Source: Botryllus schlosseri
Lineage: Eukaryota
Reading direction: 5' to 3'
Assembly (NCBI GenBank): GCA_051294905.1
Contig: CM119377.1
Location: 5,146,001-5,210,000 of the forward strand
DNA: 64,000 bases
Positions within the stretch are counted from its first letter, which is position 1. Each line of letters begins with the position of its first letter. Positions 50,668 to 63,082 of the stretch are shown piece after piece. The translations under genes were made by a program, and so were the position numbers. Below the pieces are notes generated by a model that was not told where the DNA came from, ran no database searches, and saw only the letters and a list, made by a program, of their open reading frames with translations.

Positions 50668-50990
50668 AAGTCACACACAATGTACAATGCGATGTCATGA
50701 ACAGATAGGAGGATGTCGAACGACACGCATCAGTCGCAATCCTTTTAATCTAACATCCACCTCGGCCTAGAGTGCCCGATCGCACACTCCTTTTCGATGT
50801 TGATCTTGTTGAAGCCGCGGCCCTTTCTACTAGTTCTTTCCATTCCTTGTGAGTGCTTTCTTCGGGTCTTTTTTGTCGCCGTAAGAACAGCAATGCCGGG
50901 GAAGAGGAGCCCAGATAAACATCCGACGCCAATCGAACCGGCTCCGCCAGATTTGTAGGCGCTTATCGTCATCACTACGCTATGTCCCCC
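50668..50990 (-). mobile_element. tRNA-derived SINE (second family)
   Basis: Minus-strand head GGGGACATAGCGTAGTG (A box) .. GGTTCGATT (B box); homologous to 61234-61546. The 3' part resembles the LINE 3' UTR at ~8100-8200. Confidence 0.75.
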
Positions 50991-51825
50991 GCAGAGAATT
51001 ATCAACGAAAAACACAAATAACTCCGCTTCTACTAGTTTGAATTGAGTCAAATTCGTTTTGCATCGTCTCTGCAGACAGCTCAACAATTGCATGGGGTTG
51101 ACAGAAATTTTTTTTAATCTTCCCTAATAAATTAAAAATTTTAATTCGATCTGCGGAGTCTTATACTTGTTAGAATTGAATCAAATTTGGTGTACAGCGT
51201 TTTTAAGGGTAACCTGACAATTTAATCAGTGAATGGCTGAAATCCGATTTTGAACAGCCCTACTGCACACAGAATGAAAGTAAAAGAAGCTAATAAAAGG
51301 ACAAGCGACAAAATGAGGTGGCGTGTGACGGAAGACGAGATCGATGTCAGGTTTGTGTGCAATGGTCGGAACCATACATCGAGATATATAACTAATAGTA
51401 CATATTCCTGGTCTACTTTTTGTTCAAGGTTCACACAGTAACTTGACCAGCATACGCATCGTTACGGATCCGTTAATCCCCAATGTTCGAGTGACTTTTC
51501 AGCATGGGCTGGGCACTGGGCTGATGATCAATCTCCCTGGTCCATGGATGAATTGAGTACAAGGATGTGTTGATTTCTGGATTCGAGGTAGATTTAGTAT
51601 CACAAAATGACATGATCAATTTTCGGGCAACCGATCTTCACATCCTCGGACCAACCGCTTACTGTCATTGAGTTACTGCAAATTCAATCACAGCCTTCCC
51701 ACACCCCAAGTACCCTCAGGAGACTCGAACACTCTCACGGCAAAAACAAACGTACCACAATACAGCATAACAAATTGATCTTTACTTGCATGGAATTATA
51801 TAGAACACATCTTAAATCAAATTAA

Positions 51826-54800
51826 TTAATAGGCATTTTCCAAAATAAGTGCAATTCCTTGACCACCTCCGATACAAGCTGATCCCACAGCGTATTTCAC
51901 TCCGCGCCGTCTAAAAAGCAGCATGATTGAACGACAAATGGTCAGAGTTTGAAGAAGAGTGAAGACATACCTCATTTCGTGAACAAGATGAGCAGTTATT
52001 CTTGTGCCAGAAGCTCCCAGAGGATGTCCCAATGCAATAGCACCACCGTCGACGTTCATGGTTTCCGGGTCGAGACCTAGCTCTTTTTGAACGGCGAGCG
52101 CTTGTGGAGCGAATGCTTCATTTACCTGGAATAGTGGAAAAAACTTCTTCAACATATTCATCATTTTTCTAAATCTATATTTCTCAGCAGGAGTTCTTAA
52201 AACTGAATTCCAAGGACCCTTAGGGGTCCACAGACTAGTTTCAGGGGTCCGTCAATCCGTGAAAGGGCAATACTTCATCACAAAAGTACACAAGCAGATC
52301 GTCCTTTGGCACATACGTCGTGAATGGAACTGTGACTACTTTGTCCGGTTATTGGTTATCTTACTTTAGGCATGGACTAGCCTTAATTGCGTCGAGTTTG
52401 ATGTGATGACCTTCTAGTGATTGGCTTCTGAAATTTTGGGGTACGCACAACCGCCCACAAAAGTTGTAGTGGTCTGTGATCAAAAATGTATAAGAACCCC
52501 TGCGTGGCAGGAACACCCACAACAGGATCAATAGACAATCACAGGCGGTCAATAATGAAATACTTATCAAGTGATTAGGTTTTTATGCTACTTACACTTC
52601 TGCTCAAGAGTGTTGGCAAGGGTACGTAATTTTATGACTTTTGGATTTGGAAAAGGAAAGCTAGTTTAGGATAACTTAGATAGTGACCAAATCTACTTTT
52701 TAAGCTACTTACTTGAACACCTTTCAGACTTAATTTTATACTTCCACGTGTGGCAGTCTTGTCACGTCTTGGAAATCACTTCTACTTGTACTGGAGTAGG
52801 AATTTACGTCATTTCTTCTACTTGAGCACCAACGATGATTACCTTGACCGCCTCGGAACACGACTCACAATACCACACGTGTTCATGGAAGAAACATTTC
52901 TTTAAACTGCCAAATTATACGTAACTGGCATAATTTTGCTACGGTTTTTCAGTCACCAAGCATCAAAGTTCCAATGTTGCCGCCAACAGATAACATTGGT
53001 GTACCGGATAAATGGAGCGCACTCCTAATTCCGGATTTTTGTCAAAGCGGTATTATATTTTTTTCAACATACATCGACTGGCACAGCTATACTATCAATA
53101 ATAATAAAACAAACCCACCTCGCTAAGATCCATATCTGACAACTTCAAATTGGCATATGATAACGCATTCTGAACAGCCGTCACCGGACCTGCAATTCAA
53201 CGACCAATGTGAGCAAAATCGTACCTACGGGGAATAAATACCACTCACCGATGCCCATGATGGTCGGTTCGCAACCAACTGAACTGTAAGACACCAAACG
53301 CGCGAGTGGCTTCAAGTTATGTTTGGCACACGCCTCTTCGCTCGCAATCACTACAGCCGCTGCACCATCGCAGACACCCTTCAAAATAATATGACAATTT
53401 AACATACCATTTGTGCCACATCTGAACCCTTGAAAATTGCATCGACAGAAAACATCAGAGCGCAATCAGGATGATTCAGAGCTACACCAGTAATTCTCCG
53501 CTCATAACCTCAAAACCCAGATAGGAGAGATTATCATGCAGAACATCTGAAAAATGGTCACAATGATATCATAGAAGTGATTTAATAAATACCAAGAGTA
53601 ACTCTCATGTTGCACATAATTTTATGGCAACTGTCCTCGTCTGAAACCACACTGAATGACCAATTGCTCGCCAACGAGAATAAATATCACTTTTAATAAA
53701 ACTTCAAGCTTACTACTTGACTCCGAATTGAATCATCCAGGCACTCAATTTTTATCGGCCCTCTTACAATATTGCAAAACGATCAATATTATGCAGTGAA
53801 CTTCGGTTTCGTGCTACTACGACACAGGGTTGTAATGACTCGAGTCATAATTCGACTCGAGTCACGATTTTCTGATGACTTGACTTGAGTCAATCTGTGT
53901 ATTGACTCGACTTGGACTCGAGTCATTGCCCATGACTCGAACCAAGTCATATGACTCGAGACTCCGACGGCCAAGACCGACATTTCACTGGAATTTCGAA
54001 GAATAGCAAAGTAACCATACTATTGAGATTTCGTGTATTGGTACTGGTACTTGAAAATGCGTCAAGAAACTGCTAAAAGTGATGAAAATTAGTATATTAA
54101 AATGCGAACCATTCGATGTTACCAAACAGAGTTATAAAAACTGGGTTTGACAAGACTGAGCAGTCAACAGAATGACTTGGACTGGGACTAGAGTCATAAT
54201 ACTACGAGTCGGACTCGACCCTCTGCTCGCTGACTTGAACCTGGACTTGACTCGATGGTGAATTGAAAATGACTCTACTTGACTCGAGTCAAAACTATAA
54301 AAGTGGGATTGACTTGTGACTCGGAGCCTTGTGACTTGATTACAGCCCTGCTACGACATCACGCATATTCAATCGTGACGCTACAGTTGAGTACAGGTAA
54401 TTATGATACGTCTGTTCGGGAAATAAGACTGAAAAATGGCTCCCTTGAACCAAAATGTTTACAAGACCCTGTTTTAGGCTACTCTGAAAATATAGTCTGG
54501 TCACTGCTAAAGTGTGACAACCGATGTGAAATCATCCATTCACTTACGCTGGCATTTCCGGCGTTGACAGTGCCTCCTTTCATGAAGACGGGCGGCAGTT
54601 TAGCGATTTGTTCGGGAGTGGTGTCAGGTCTTGGATGCTCGTCGACCGCAAACTGTTTCGGCCCTTTCTTCGACTTGATCTCAACCGGCTCGATTTCCGC
54701 GTCGAAGCGCCCGGCCTTGTGAGCTGAAAATATGTCGCTGCCGCTAAAATTCAATTTCCGTACTCCATCAGTATACACGAGAATATAATGAAGTAGAGAT

Positions 54801-57800
54801 TTCACTGACTTTCCTCATATCTACTACAACCATGGTTCGAAATTTTGACTCTTTAAAGTTATGTGGTCCTTCATTATTGATAGTAAGCAGGGTTGCAACT
54901 TGTAGCCAAGTCACGAGGTTACGAGTCACAAGTCAACCTACTTTTTTCAACTCATTTCGAGTGATATAGAATGGCTCGCATTCATAATCTCGTATAATTC
55001 CTTAGTCCATACAGTTTCTGGTCCTATTTTCCAAGTATCAGGACTGATAGACGAAATCGCAATAATTTGGTGACTTTACTATTCTTCAAAGTTCCAATGA
55101 AATGTGCGTCTCGAGTTGTATGACTTGGTTCGAGTCATTGTGCGTTGCACATGTACAAGTCGAGTCAATACACAAATTGACTAGAGTCATTTTACGCATT
55201 TGAGAAATTACTCGAGTCATACAGGGTTGTAACCAAGTCACAAGGCTCCGAGTCAATCTCACTTTTATAGTTTTGACTCGAGTCAAGTCGTGTCATTTTT
55301 AATTCACAACCGAGTCAAGTCCGAGTCCAAGTCAGTGATCAGAGGGTCGAGTCCGAGTCATGGTATTATGACTCGAGTACGAGTTCAAGTCATTGTTTTT
55401 GACAGCTCAGTTTCATGTTAAAGTCTTGCTAACTCACTTTTTATAACTCTGTTTGGTGAGATCGAATGGTTCACATTCATAATATACCAATTTTCCTCAC
55501 TTTTAGCAGTTTCTGGTCGCATTTTCAATTACCAGTACCAATAGACGAAATCCCAATAGTGCGGTTACTTTACTATTCTTCGAAAATTACAATGAAATGT
55601 CGGTCTTGAGTCTGAGTCTTGAGTCATAGGACTTGGTTCGAGTCATGCGCAATGACTCGAGTCCAAGTCGAGTCAATACACGAATTGCCTCGAGTCGAGA
55701 CATTTCCGAATTTTCCGAAAATGACTCGAGTCAAGTCGAGTCATCAGAAAATCGTGACTCGAGTCGAGTCATGACTCGAGTCATTACAACCCAGGAGTCA
55801 TATCCAGTCACCAAAAAAATCATGACTCAAGTCATTATAACCCTTATAGCAAGTTATAACATTGGTGACACAAGTGTTTTGCTTATGCTTGCTCATTGCT
55901 CAAGCAGCATTGGTAAAAAAAGTAGTGCACCAACTTTCTACTCGCCTAAATTTCTACTCAAAGGTGATCAAAGCAGTCGGTGTCGCTACTCGCGTAGAAG
56001 GACAAGTAACGCTGTAAATTCCTACTCAATTACAAGTAGAATAGCACATTCAAAGCCATCATCAAGTGAAAGTACATACAAATAGGTCGGAAAATTACTT
56101 TAGTTCAAGTAGTTTCTTAAAGTAGATTTGGACGAGAGTTCATAAGTTTTAGCAGTAAAACGAAGGTGGATACTTTCAGAATTGCAGGGTACATCTTCTA
56201 GCGTGAATTCATCGCACAATGTCAAAATGCTCATCAAACACCACCCACCTTCACCCCATCTCTGCTGTGATCTTAAGGCAAACGAGTCGGCCTCTTCCCG
56301 GGTGATATTGTATTTTTTGGCTAAATTTTCAGCGGTGACACCCATGGGTGTTTTGCAGTACATGTCGGTAAGACCTGCCCACAGCGTGTCTTCCATCTGA
56401 AAAACGTGAAAAAATATACAATTTCACGTCAGCAGAGCTATCGTGGCCATTATATAGAACATGCTCTGATGAGGTTCAACAAATAATGTCATTTTGTGCA
56501 CCTAATCACGCACAAATGCTTATCTAAGAATAGTAGCCTACATTCGTATTGTTTCCCGTTACCAAACATTATCATAACATAATCAACACCTAAGAATCGA
56601 ACGCCCAATAGGACTTTCATAATACTTTGGCCTTACAATGAGAGATATAGAACTGTTACGCGGGTAATACTCTCGTATTGGTGTGAAATACAAATGTGTT
56701 GTTCTTAAATAATATACATTTCAAATTTGCAATTTGCAATTCGTAGTGGGGATTGTAAACAAACAAATTTTTATGGAATGTACGAGGAGACAAGCTGTCA
56801 TGGTATGCTTAAGTTACCAGGTCTCTCACATACGTGAAGCCTGGTCCATCACAAACACAAACCTTCTGGAGCCATATTGCCCAAGAATACAAGTCCAAAA
56901 CCTTCGCTCTGCGTTATAGCCATCATACATATTTGTGCATTTATTTTAACACACTATGATTTGATTATATAAGAGGGATTGCAGATTGTGCGTCTATGGC
57001 ACAATGAAGCAGAGGCTGTCAGTAACGAAGCACAGGACTGCTACCCACTTACAGGCGTCATCAAAGATGTCATTGGGGGTACTGATGTTTCTACTTCTAC
57101 TTGAGTGGAGATTCACAACATGAAATCTACTTTTACCAAAATACCATAAATGAGTGCTTTGTATACCTGGGAATTATGTCGTGTCTACTACAAGCACCAA
57201 ATTATAACCAAACCTCCATGACCATTCTTTTTCCAAGCAGTGTGTCATTATATTCAGAGGCTTCATGTCTTGATTTGTCATGAATCATAATATAAATTTT
57301 AAAATTACCACAATGGGCTGGGCACGTAAACTAAACGATACTTCATCAGTTCAATACAACTTACCTTCAAATCCAAGCCTAGTTTTGTTCCAAATCTAAC
57401 GTTGCGGACAGCATAAGGCGCTTGGCTCATGCTCTCAGCTCCTCCGCAGAGCGCCACGTTCGTTAATCCAAGATCGATTTCTTGAGCACCGGACACGATG
57501 GATTGAAACCCCGAACCGCAGAGACGATTGACGACCAAGGCCGGAACTGGTATGGGTACATTTGCTCGCAAAGCCGCATGCCTCGCAATGTAAGCTGCAT
57601 CGGCAGAACTCTGCAGGGGTTAAAATATAAGGTTACAAACACAAATATAGAGTTGCCAACACCAAGTTAATGCCAAAATAGACCTTGAGGAAACAAATTA
57701 ATATACAGCAACATAAGATTCAGGGTTGTAATGACTCAAGTCATGACTCGACTCAAGTCACTATTTTCTGATGACTGAACTTGACTCGAGTCGTTTTCTC

Positions 57801-59140
57801 AAAATACGGAAAGGACTCGACTAGAGTCAATCTATGTATTGACTCGACTTGGACTCGAGTCATTGTGCATGACTGGAACCAAGTCATATGACTCGAGACT
57901 CAGACAGTCAAGACCAGCATTTCATTGTAATTTGGAAGAATAGTAAAATAACCACACTATTGGTATTTCGTCTATTGGTACTGGTAGACCTACTTTAAAT
58001 GCGACCAGAAACTACTAAAAGTGAGGAAATTAGATGCGAACCATTCGATATCACCAAACAGAGTTATAAAAAGTTGATTTAACAATACTTTGACTGGAAA
58101 CTGAGCAATCAACACAATGACTTGGACTCGGACTTGAGTCATAATATCATGACTCGGACTCGACCCTCTGCTCGCTGACTTGGACTCAGACTTGACTCGA
58201 GTCAAAACTATAAGAGTGAGATTGACTTGTGACTCGGGGGCTTGTGAATGATGTGATTACAACTTACCATATTAGGCCAAAGAAATACTAACCTGCATAA
58301 CATTGCCAGTATAAACTGCATCAACTGCAGCAGGGTCCACACTCCCAGCCTTCAATGCAGCTGCATTCGCAATCGTCTGCAGATCATTCGCAGTGTGATC
58401 TTTTAAAGTTCCGCCGTACGCACCAAACGCAGTCCGACGAGCGGCAACAATAAAGATACCTGTAGACACAGCAGCGCATGCTACATTGCAGCGAGATTGG
58501 TCTATAGTTCAGACTTCAGTGGTTCCCAAAGTGGGCGATATCACCCCTGGGGGACAATTTTGAGAGATGGGGATGAAAAATGTGTTTAAGCAGAAGTAGT
58601 ATACTAGAAAAACTACTTGCATACGGGTACTATGAAAAAGGAAGAAGTAGAATGGTAACTTTACTGATGACCTCTAAGCTATAGTCTTTATTGGGTTATT
58701 GAGATATGTTGAGGTTGATAAGGGGGCGATGATTTGTAAAAGTTTGGGAACCACTAGTCTAGTTGGTTAATGACGACCGGCACAACAACAATGCCCGCGG
58801 ATACGAATATCGAGTTCAAACCCTATTTATCATAGTTTCTGTATTTGTAATGTATCAAAGGTTTATATCTGGGCTCCGTCTCTCGGGACGCGGAGAAATT
58901 CCTGATGGAGTAAGCATATATAACTAATATAAGGGAAGTCTAGGGAAGAGAATGAAACAGTGAGGAAGTGTCAAAAAATACGCAGGCCGCAGGGCACTCG
59001 GGGCAGGGAAAATACTACTATTATAACAGGAACAGGTTTATGGTATCATTGCCTATACAGTACGGTAACGTATATTATAAGGTTACTGAACGATAGTCAA
59101 TTTTGAATTGCGCTGAAATCTTACCTTTCCTAACAGACAT
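51826..59140 (-). CDS. ACAA2: Mitochondrial 3-ketoacyl-CoA thiolase, 9 coding exons, 397 aa
   Basis: Exons 59125-59140, 58293-58459, 57365-57610, 56249-56396, 54548-54723, 53249-53378, 53119-53189, 51971-52125, 51826-51910; GT-AG and phase-consistent, 1194 nt. Motifs [43 protein letters not shown] and [12 protein letters not shown]; N-terminus [17 protein letters not shown]. Confidence 0.96.
53825..54350. mobile_element. GACTCGAGTC MITE, full length, ACAA2 intron 5
   Basis: Termini CAGGGTTGTAA / TTACAGCCCTG; perfect 8-bp TSD CTACGACA, consistent with hAT. Confidence 0.95.
54888..55845. mobile_element. GACTCGAGTC MITE with a second family copy (55222-55794) nested inside, ACAA2 intron 4
   Basis: Outer TSD ATAGTAAG/ATAGCAAG; inner perfect TSD GAGTCATA. 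Confidence 0.9.
57721..58265. mobile_element. GACTCGAGTC MITE, ACAA2 intron 2
   Basis: CAGGGTTGTAATGACTCAAGTC ... GATTACAAC. Confidence 0.9.
58517..58756. mobile_element. Small Charlie-like MITE, ACAA2 intron 1
   Basis: TIR CAGTGGTTCCCAAA / TTTGGGAACCACTA. Confidence 0.7.
58755..58960 (+). mobile_element. Probable degenerate tRNA-derived SINE
   Basis: TAGTTGGTTAA (A-box-like), GAGTTCAAAC (B-box-like) and GGTTTATATCTGGGCTCC, shared with the second SINE family. Confidence 0.4.
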
Positions 59141-60148
59141 TTCGCCGTACAAAAATAACACAAGATTCCCGCAACTTCAGTAAACTTGTAAACAGTGTAG
59201 AAGCTTGCGATTCCGAAATGCAGCGGTCGAATATACGAAAGTCGTGCTAGAAATAATTTCACTTTCGGACTTTGGACTGAAATCGTCGAGACGACGACGG
59301 TTAATGACCTAGACGTTGCAGGATTACATTCCTTGAGAAAGCCATAAAAAATGAAGTGTATGTTGATGTGGTGAAGAGGATGTAGTCGAATTGCGAGACC
59401 ACTTAAGGAGGTAATTTTTAATTTTGTTTGTTCAGGTCACCGTTCAGTATTGCTAGTTTCTCTAATTCCGCGATTTAGTCGTTCCGTCATTCAGAGTTGA
59501 GTGAATTTGCTTTGGTCCGCTGTTCAGTATTGCAACCTCCGCCTGTTCCAAAGTCCGCCGTTTAGTGCAAGCGTCAACATTACATAGGATTGTTGGCAAT
59601 ATGATGGGGGCAACTCTAAACGGCGGACCGCGGAACAGCGGAACATGTAATACTAAACAGCGGACCGAGCGGAACTGCGGACCGAGCGGACCATAAGAAA
59701 ATAGCTCAATACTAAACGGCGGAACGAGCGGACCGCGGAACTAGCGGAACTTGCAATACTAAACGGCGGACCGAGCGGAACTGCGGACCGAGCGGACCAT
59801 AGCAAAATAGCTCAATACTAAACGGCGGAACGAGCGGACCGCGGAACTAGCGGAACTTGCAATACTAAACGGCGGACCGAGCGGAACTGCGGACCGAGCG
59901 GACTACTACAAAGTCCAGAATGTAAACAGCGGATCGCGGATCAGGCGCAACTCGCAAATGTCGCAATACTCCTAATTTCTGAAAGGGACATAAGGATACA
60001 TAAGCATACCGAACATAAGGACATCTTGTCTATGGTAACTATGGGGTGTCTTCAAGTGTGGCAACGTTGTAACAACACACCCCAAACATTCCCCAGACTT
60101 GATGTCCAGGTTGCAATGCAGTACGAACACACCTCAAACATACCTCAG

Positions 60149-60365
60149 ACATCATCATCTTCATCATCATCATTGGATTATTAGCAATTTTATCAGTTCA
60201 ATACCCCACAAAAAATGCGATACAATGAAAAGACAGGAAGATGTCGAAGCGACTTGGAGTAGTCTATGGAATCAGACAGCACCCACCTTGGCCGAGGTGA
60301 TGTAAAGAGGAGGCATGCACACTGGATGAAAGTAAAGAAGATAGTATAGAAAAAGAAAGCATGTT
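60149..60365 (-). mobile_element. LINE 3' UTR fragment (same family as 7770-8248)
   Basis: Colinear with 8040-8248; (ATG)n tail. Confidence 0.75.
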
Positions 60366-61233
60366 GTCGTGATTGTAACACAGTACGAACACTCCTCAAA
60401 CACACCCCAGACATGATTTCCTGGTTGCAATGCAGTACTCTACTAACACACCACAGACATGGTATATATCGACTATCTCTGATCGAGGGTAAATTTCTAT
60501 GTATGTTCTACTTGAGTATAGTAATTATAATGAAATGTAACTAGCTAATTCTGAGGCTCTCTTTTCGATGGATGATTCCATCACGTCGGTGATGGTGCTC
60601 TTAGTCTATCTAGCTAAATAAGGAAAGTACTTTTTCTTTTGTAACATACCAGTAGGTTTTCATCTGCTCACTCTTCTAGTGGTTACGTTTCTGGACTATA
60701 TCCAAATTAACCGATTAATTTAAAGTTCAATTACGAACTGTTTACTTTCTGACACGCAGATGAAAGTAGTTTTTTGCTCGAACACGATAATTTGGAAAGG
60801 GAAAACTTATAACTACGTCGTATACAAATCCCAGAACGATTTCTCAATGAAAACGACGGGTCAGACGACAGATTACACAAACGCGAATCGTGGACTGACT
60901 GAACAAATGTAATAGCAGACTAAGATGAATATGCTTGTATCAAAGATTTAGCCATGCAGGTGTAAGTACGAACTGAACGTAAAGTGAAACTGGGAACGGC
61001 TCATTAAATCAGTGCTTGAAGGTATGTCAGATTATGGATGTCACCTATAGCTAGCTATAGCTACTACGCTGGTCAACTTATTTTATGGTTCTCACTGTCT
61101 TAGTTGAAAATGACTTAGTTTTCCTACGGGGACATTAGAGGAAGTACCTTTGATCTGTGTATTCTGGTGTAAACTGAAACTCCCGCAGTCCAGGATAATA
61201 AGAGGATAATAGTCGGGTTATATTTTTCATCTG

Positions 61234-61546
61234 AAGTCACACACAATGTACAATACGATGCGATGAGATAGGAGGACGTCGAACGACACGCATGCAGTTG
61301 CGATCCTTTTAATCCAACATCCACCTCGGCCTTGAGTGCCCGATGTCACAGTTCTTTTCGATCAAGATATTGTTGAGGTCGCGGCTGGTTCTTTCCATTC
61401 CTTGTAAGTGCTTTCTTTCATTGGGTCTTTTACTGGAACGGCAACGGCAGGGAGAGAGGAGCCCAGAATAAACCTCTGACGGGAATAGAACTGAGTCCGC
61501 CAGATTGGTGGGCGCTCATCGTTACCACTACGCTATGTCCCTCGCC
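61234..61546 (-). mobile_element. tRNA-derived SINE (second family)
   Basis: Head GGGACATAGCGTAGTGGTAA; homologous to 50668-50990. Confidence 0.75.
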
Positions 61547-63082
61547 CATTCGACAACTTCCTATCTTTTCATTGTATGGCAGTGTTGTAGTCTTTTGAAA
61601 TGATGAAATTGTTAATTTCTATTTCTACAGATTACAATGTTATGACCATTAAAAGCTTACTACATTTTAGAAATACAAAACATATAAAGTACAAAACGAA
61701 ATGCAATAAAGTAAAAATGTGTCGTAACTCATAACTAGACGTTGAAGAATTACATTACTTGACAAAATGAAACTACTTGACAAAATTTTCAGCAAAATGT
61801 AAGCTTCAACGAAGTCCAGGGAAAGATAACTTGAGAAAATTACGAGATGCGCCTGATCCGTAGTCCGCCGTTTACATTGCAAATTTTGTGATAGTCCGCC
61901 GGTCCGCAGTTCCGCTCCGTCCGCCGTTTAGCATTACATGTTCCGCTGTTCCGCGGTCCGCCGTTTAGTATTGAGCTATTTTCTTACGGTCCGCCCGGTC
62001 CGCAGTTCCGCTCGGTCCGCTGTTTAGTATTACATGTTCCGCTGTTCCGCGGTCCGCCGTTTAGTATTGAGCTATTTTGTTATGGTCCGCTCGGTCCGCA
62101 GTTCCGCTTGGTCCGCCGTTTAGTATCGCAAGTTCCGCTAGTTCCGCAGTCCGCTCGTTCCGCCGTTTAGAGTTGCCCATATGATGGAATGCAGGTCAAC
62201 CGACCGACTCGCATTGAAAGTGTATACGGAATCAACGCGCGAAGTGTAGGAGTTTGGAATGGTCGAAAATATGTTTTGGTAACGTTTTGCCTTTCCTGGA
62301 ACCCTGATTTTATATGCATGATGAATCCCTAATTTTGTATGCATGGTAGGCCCATAACCGAATGTACCGTATTATGTAAATTACGCTAACCTAGAAGGTC
62401 GTAAGGAGATTAGGCAATGATGTTATCTGCCTGATTGGGATCGCTGGCCTTTTTGCCTGTATCAGGTGAGCAGCGATGATTTTCCAAGTTGAAGTAATTT
62501 AATAAAAAATAATTAAAAAATAGAATATAGTGTGAGCACAGGACACCGATTCCATATAGGGTTATCTGCATGTTGGGAGGTGAAACAAACTGCACTAGTC
62601 TTTCGCACCCCCCCCCCTCATGTAAAGTATGGTAGTAAAATATAGGCTACTTCTCATTTCCCCATTGCAGTAGTTTTTATGATGTACCATAATTCAGAAA
62701 ATAGATTGGAGAAAACCATTTAGACATCACTCAAATGACTTCCATAGAGCAGTTTTGTTCAAATTGACAAGAAATATGACATTGATTTATAGATTGAGCT
62801 TCTTCATCCAGTACATCGTCTGTGAAAAATATAGGCTTCTACAATTCGCTTAAGATATCTTCCTTTCGATGGACCGGCAGTCAGGGCAGTGAAGGGCTTG
62901 TTGACTGACATACCACAGAGTCTGTCTTGTACACACGTATATCGAGATCACACCGACAGCTTTCTTGTTTGTTCTCTCTCCTCAGCTTGAAATTTTTTTT
63001 ACCCAATCGTACCAACGGTATAAGAATCGTTTCCAAAATGCAATGTTGATTAATTATGTCATACATTGCATCCAGATGTGGT

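Larger units (their letters stand above)
59608..62178. mobile_element. MULE/Foldback-like element with tandem-repeat inverted arms
   Basis: TIR GGGCAACTCTAAACGGCGGA at both ends; 9-bp TSD ATATGATGG (59599-59607, 62179-62187). Arms of ~340-360 bp are made of three ~100-bp units rich in GCGGA(A/C)C. Confidence 0.88.

Noticed and set aside
50137-51825. ACAA2-SECISBP2L operon
   Set aside because: Same strand but 1.7 kb apart with an intervening SINE and no convincing trans-splice acceptor; not supported.
23778-58265. GACTCGAGTC MITEs as intron-creating (introner) elements
   Set aside because: TIRs do not coincide with splice sites, and many introns sit at positions shared with vertebrate orthologs; the elements inserted into pre-existing introns.
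59608-62178. Regularly spaced GCGGA repeats (and GACTCGAGTC arrays) as CRISPR-like arrays
   Set aside because: Spacers are themselves repeated, the context is eukaryotic, there are no cas genes, and TIR/TSD structure explains them.
62700-63066. Terminal exons of a minus-strand gene entering from the right
   Set aside because: Isolated acceptor- and donor-like sites exist, but no consistent or recognisable reading frame could be built.
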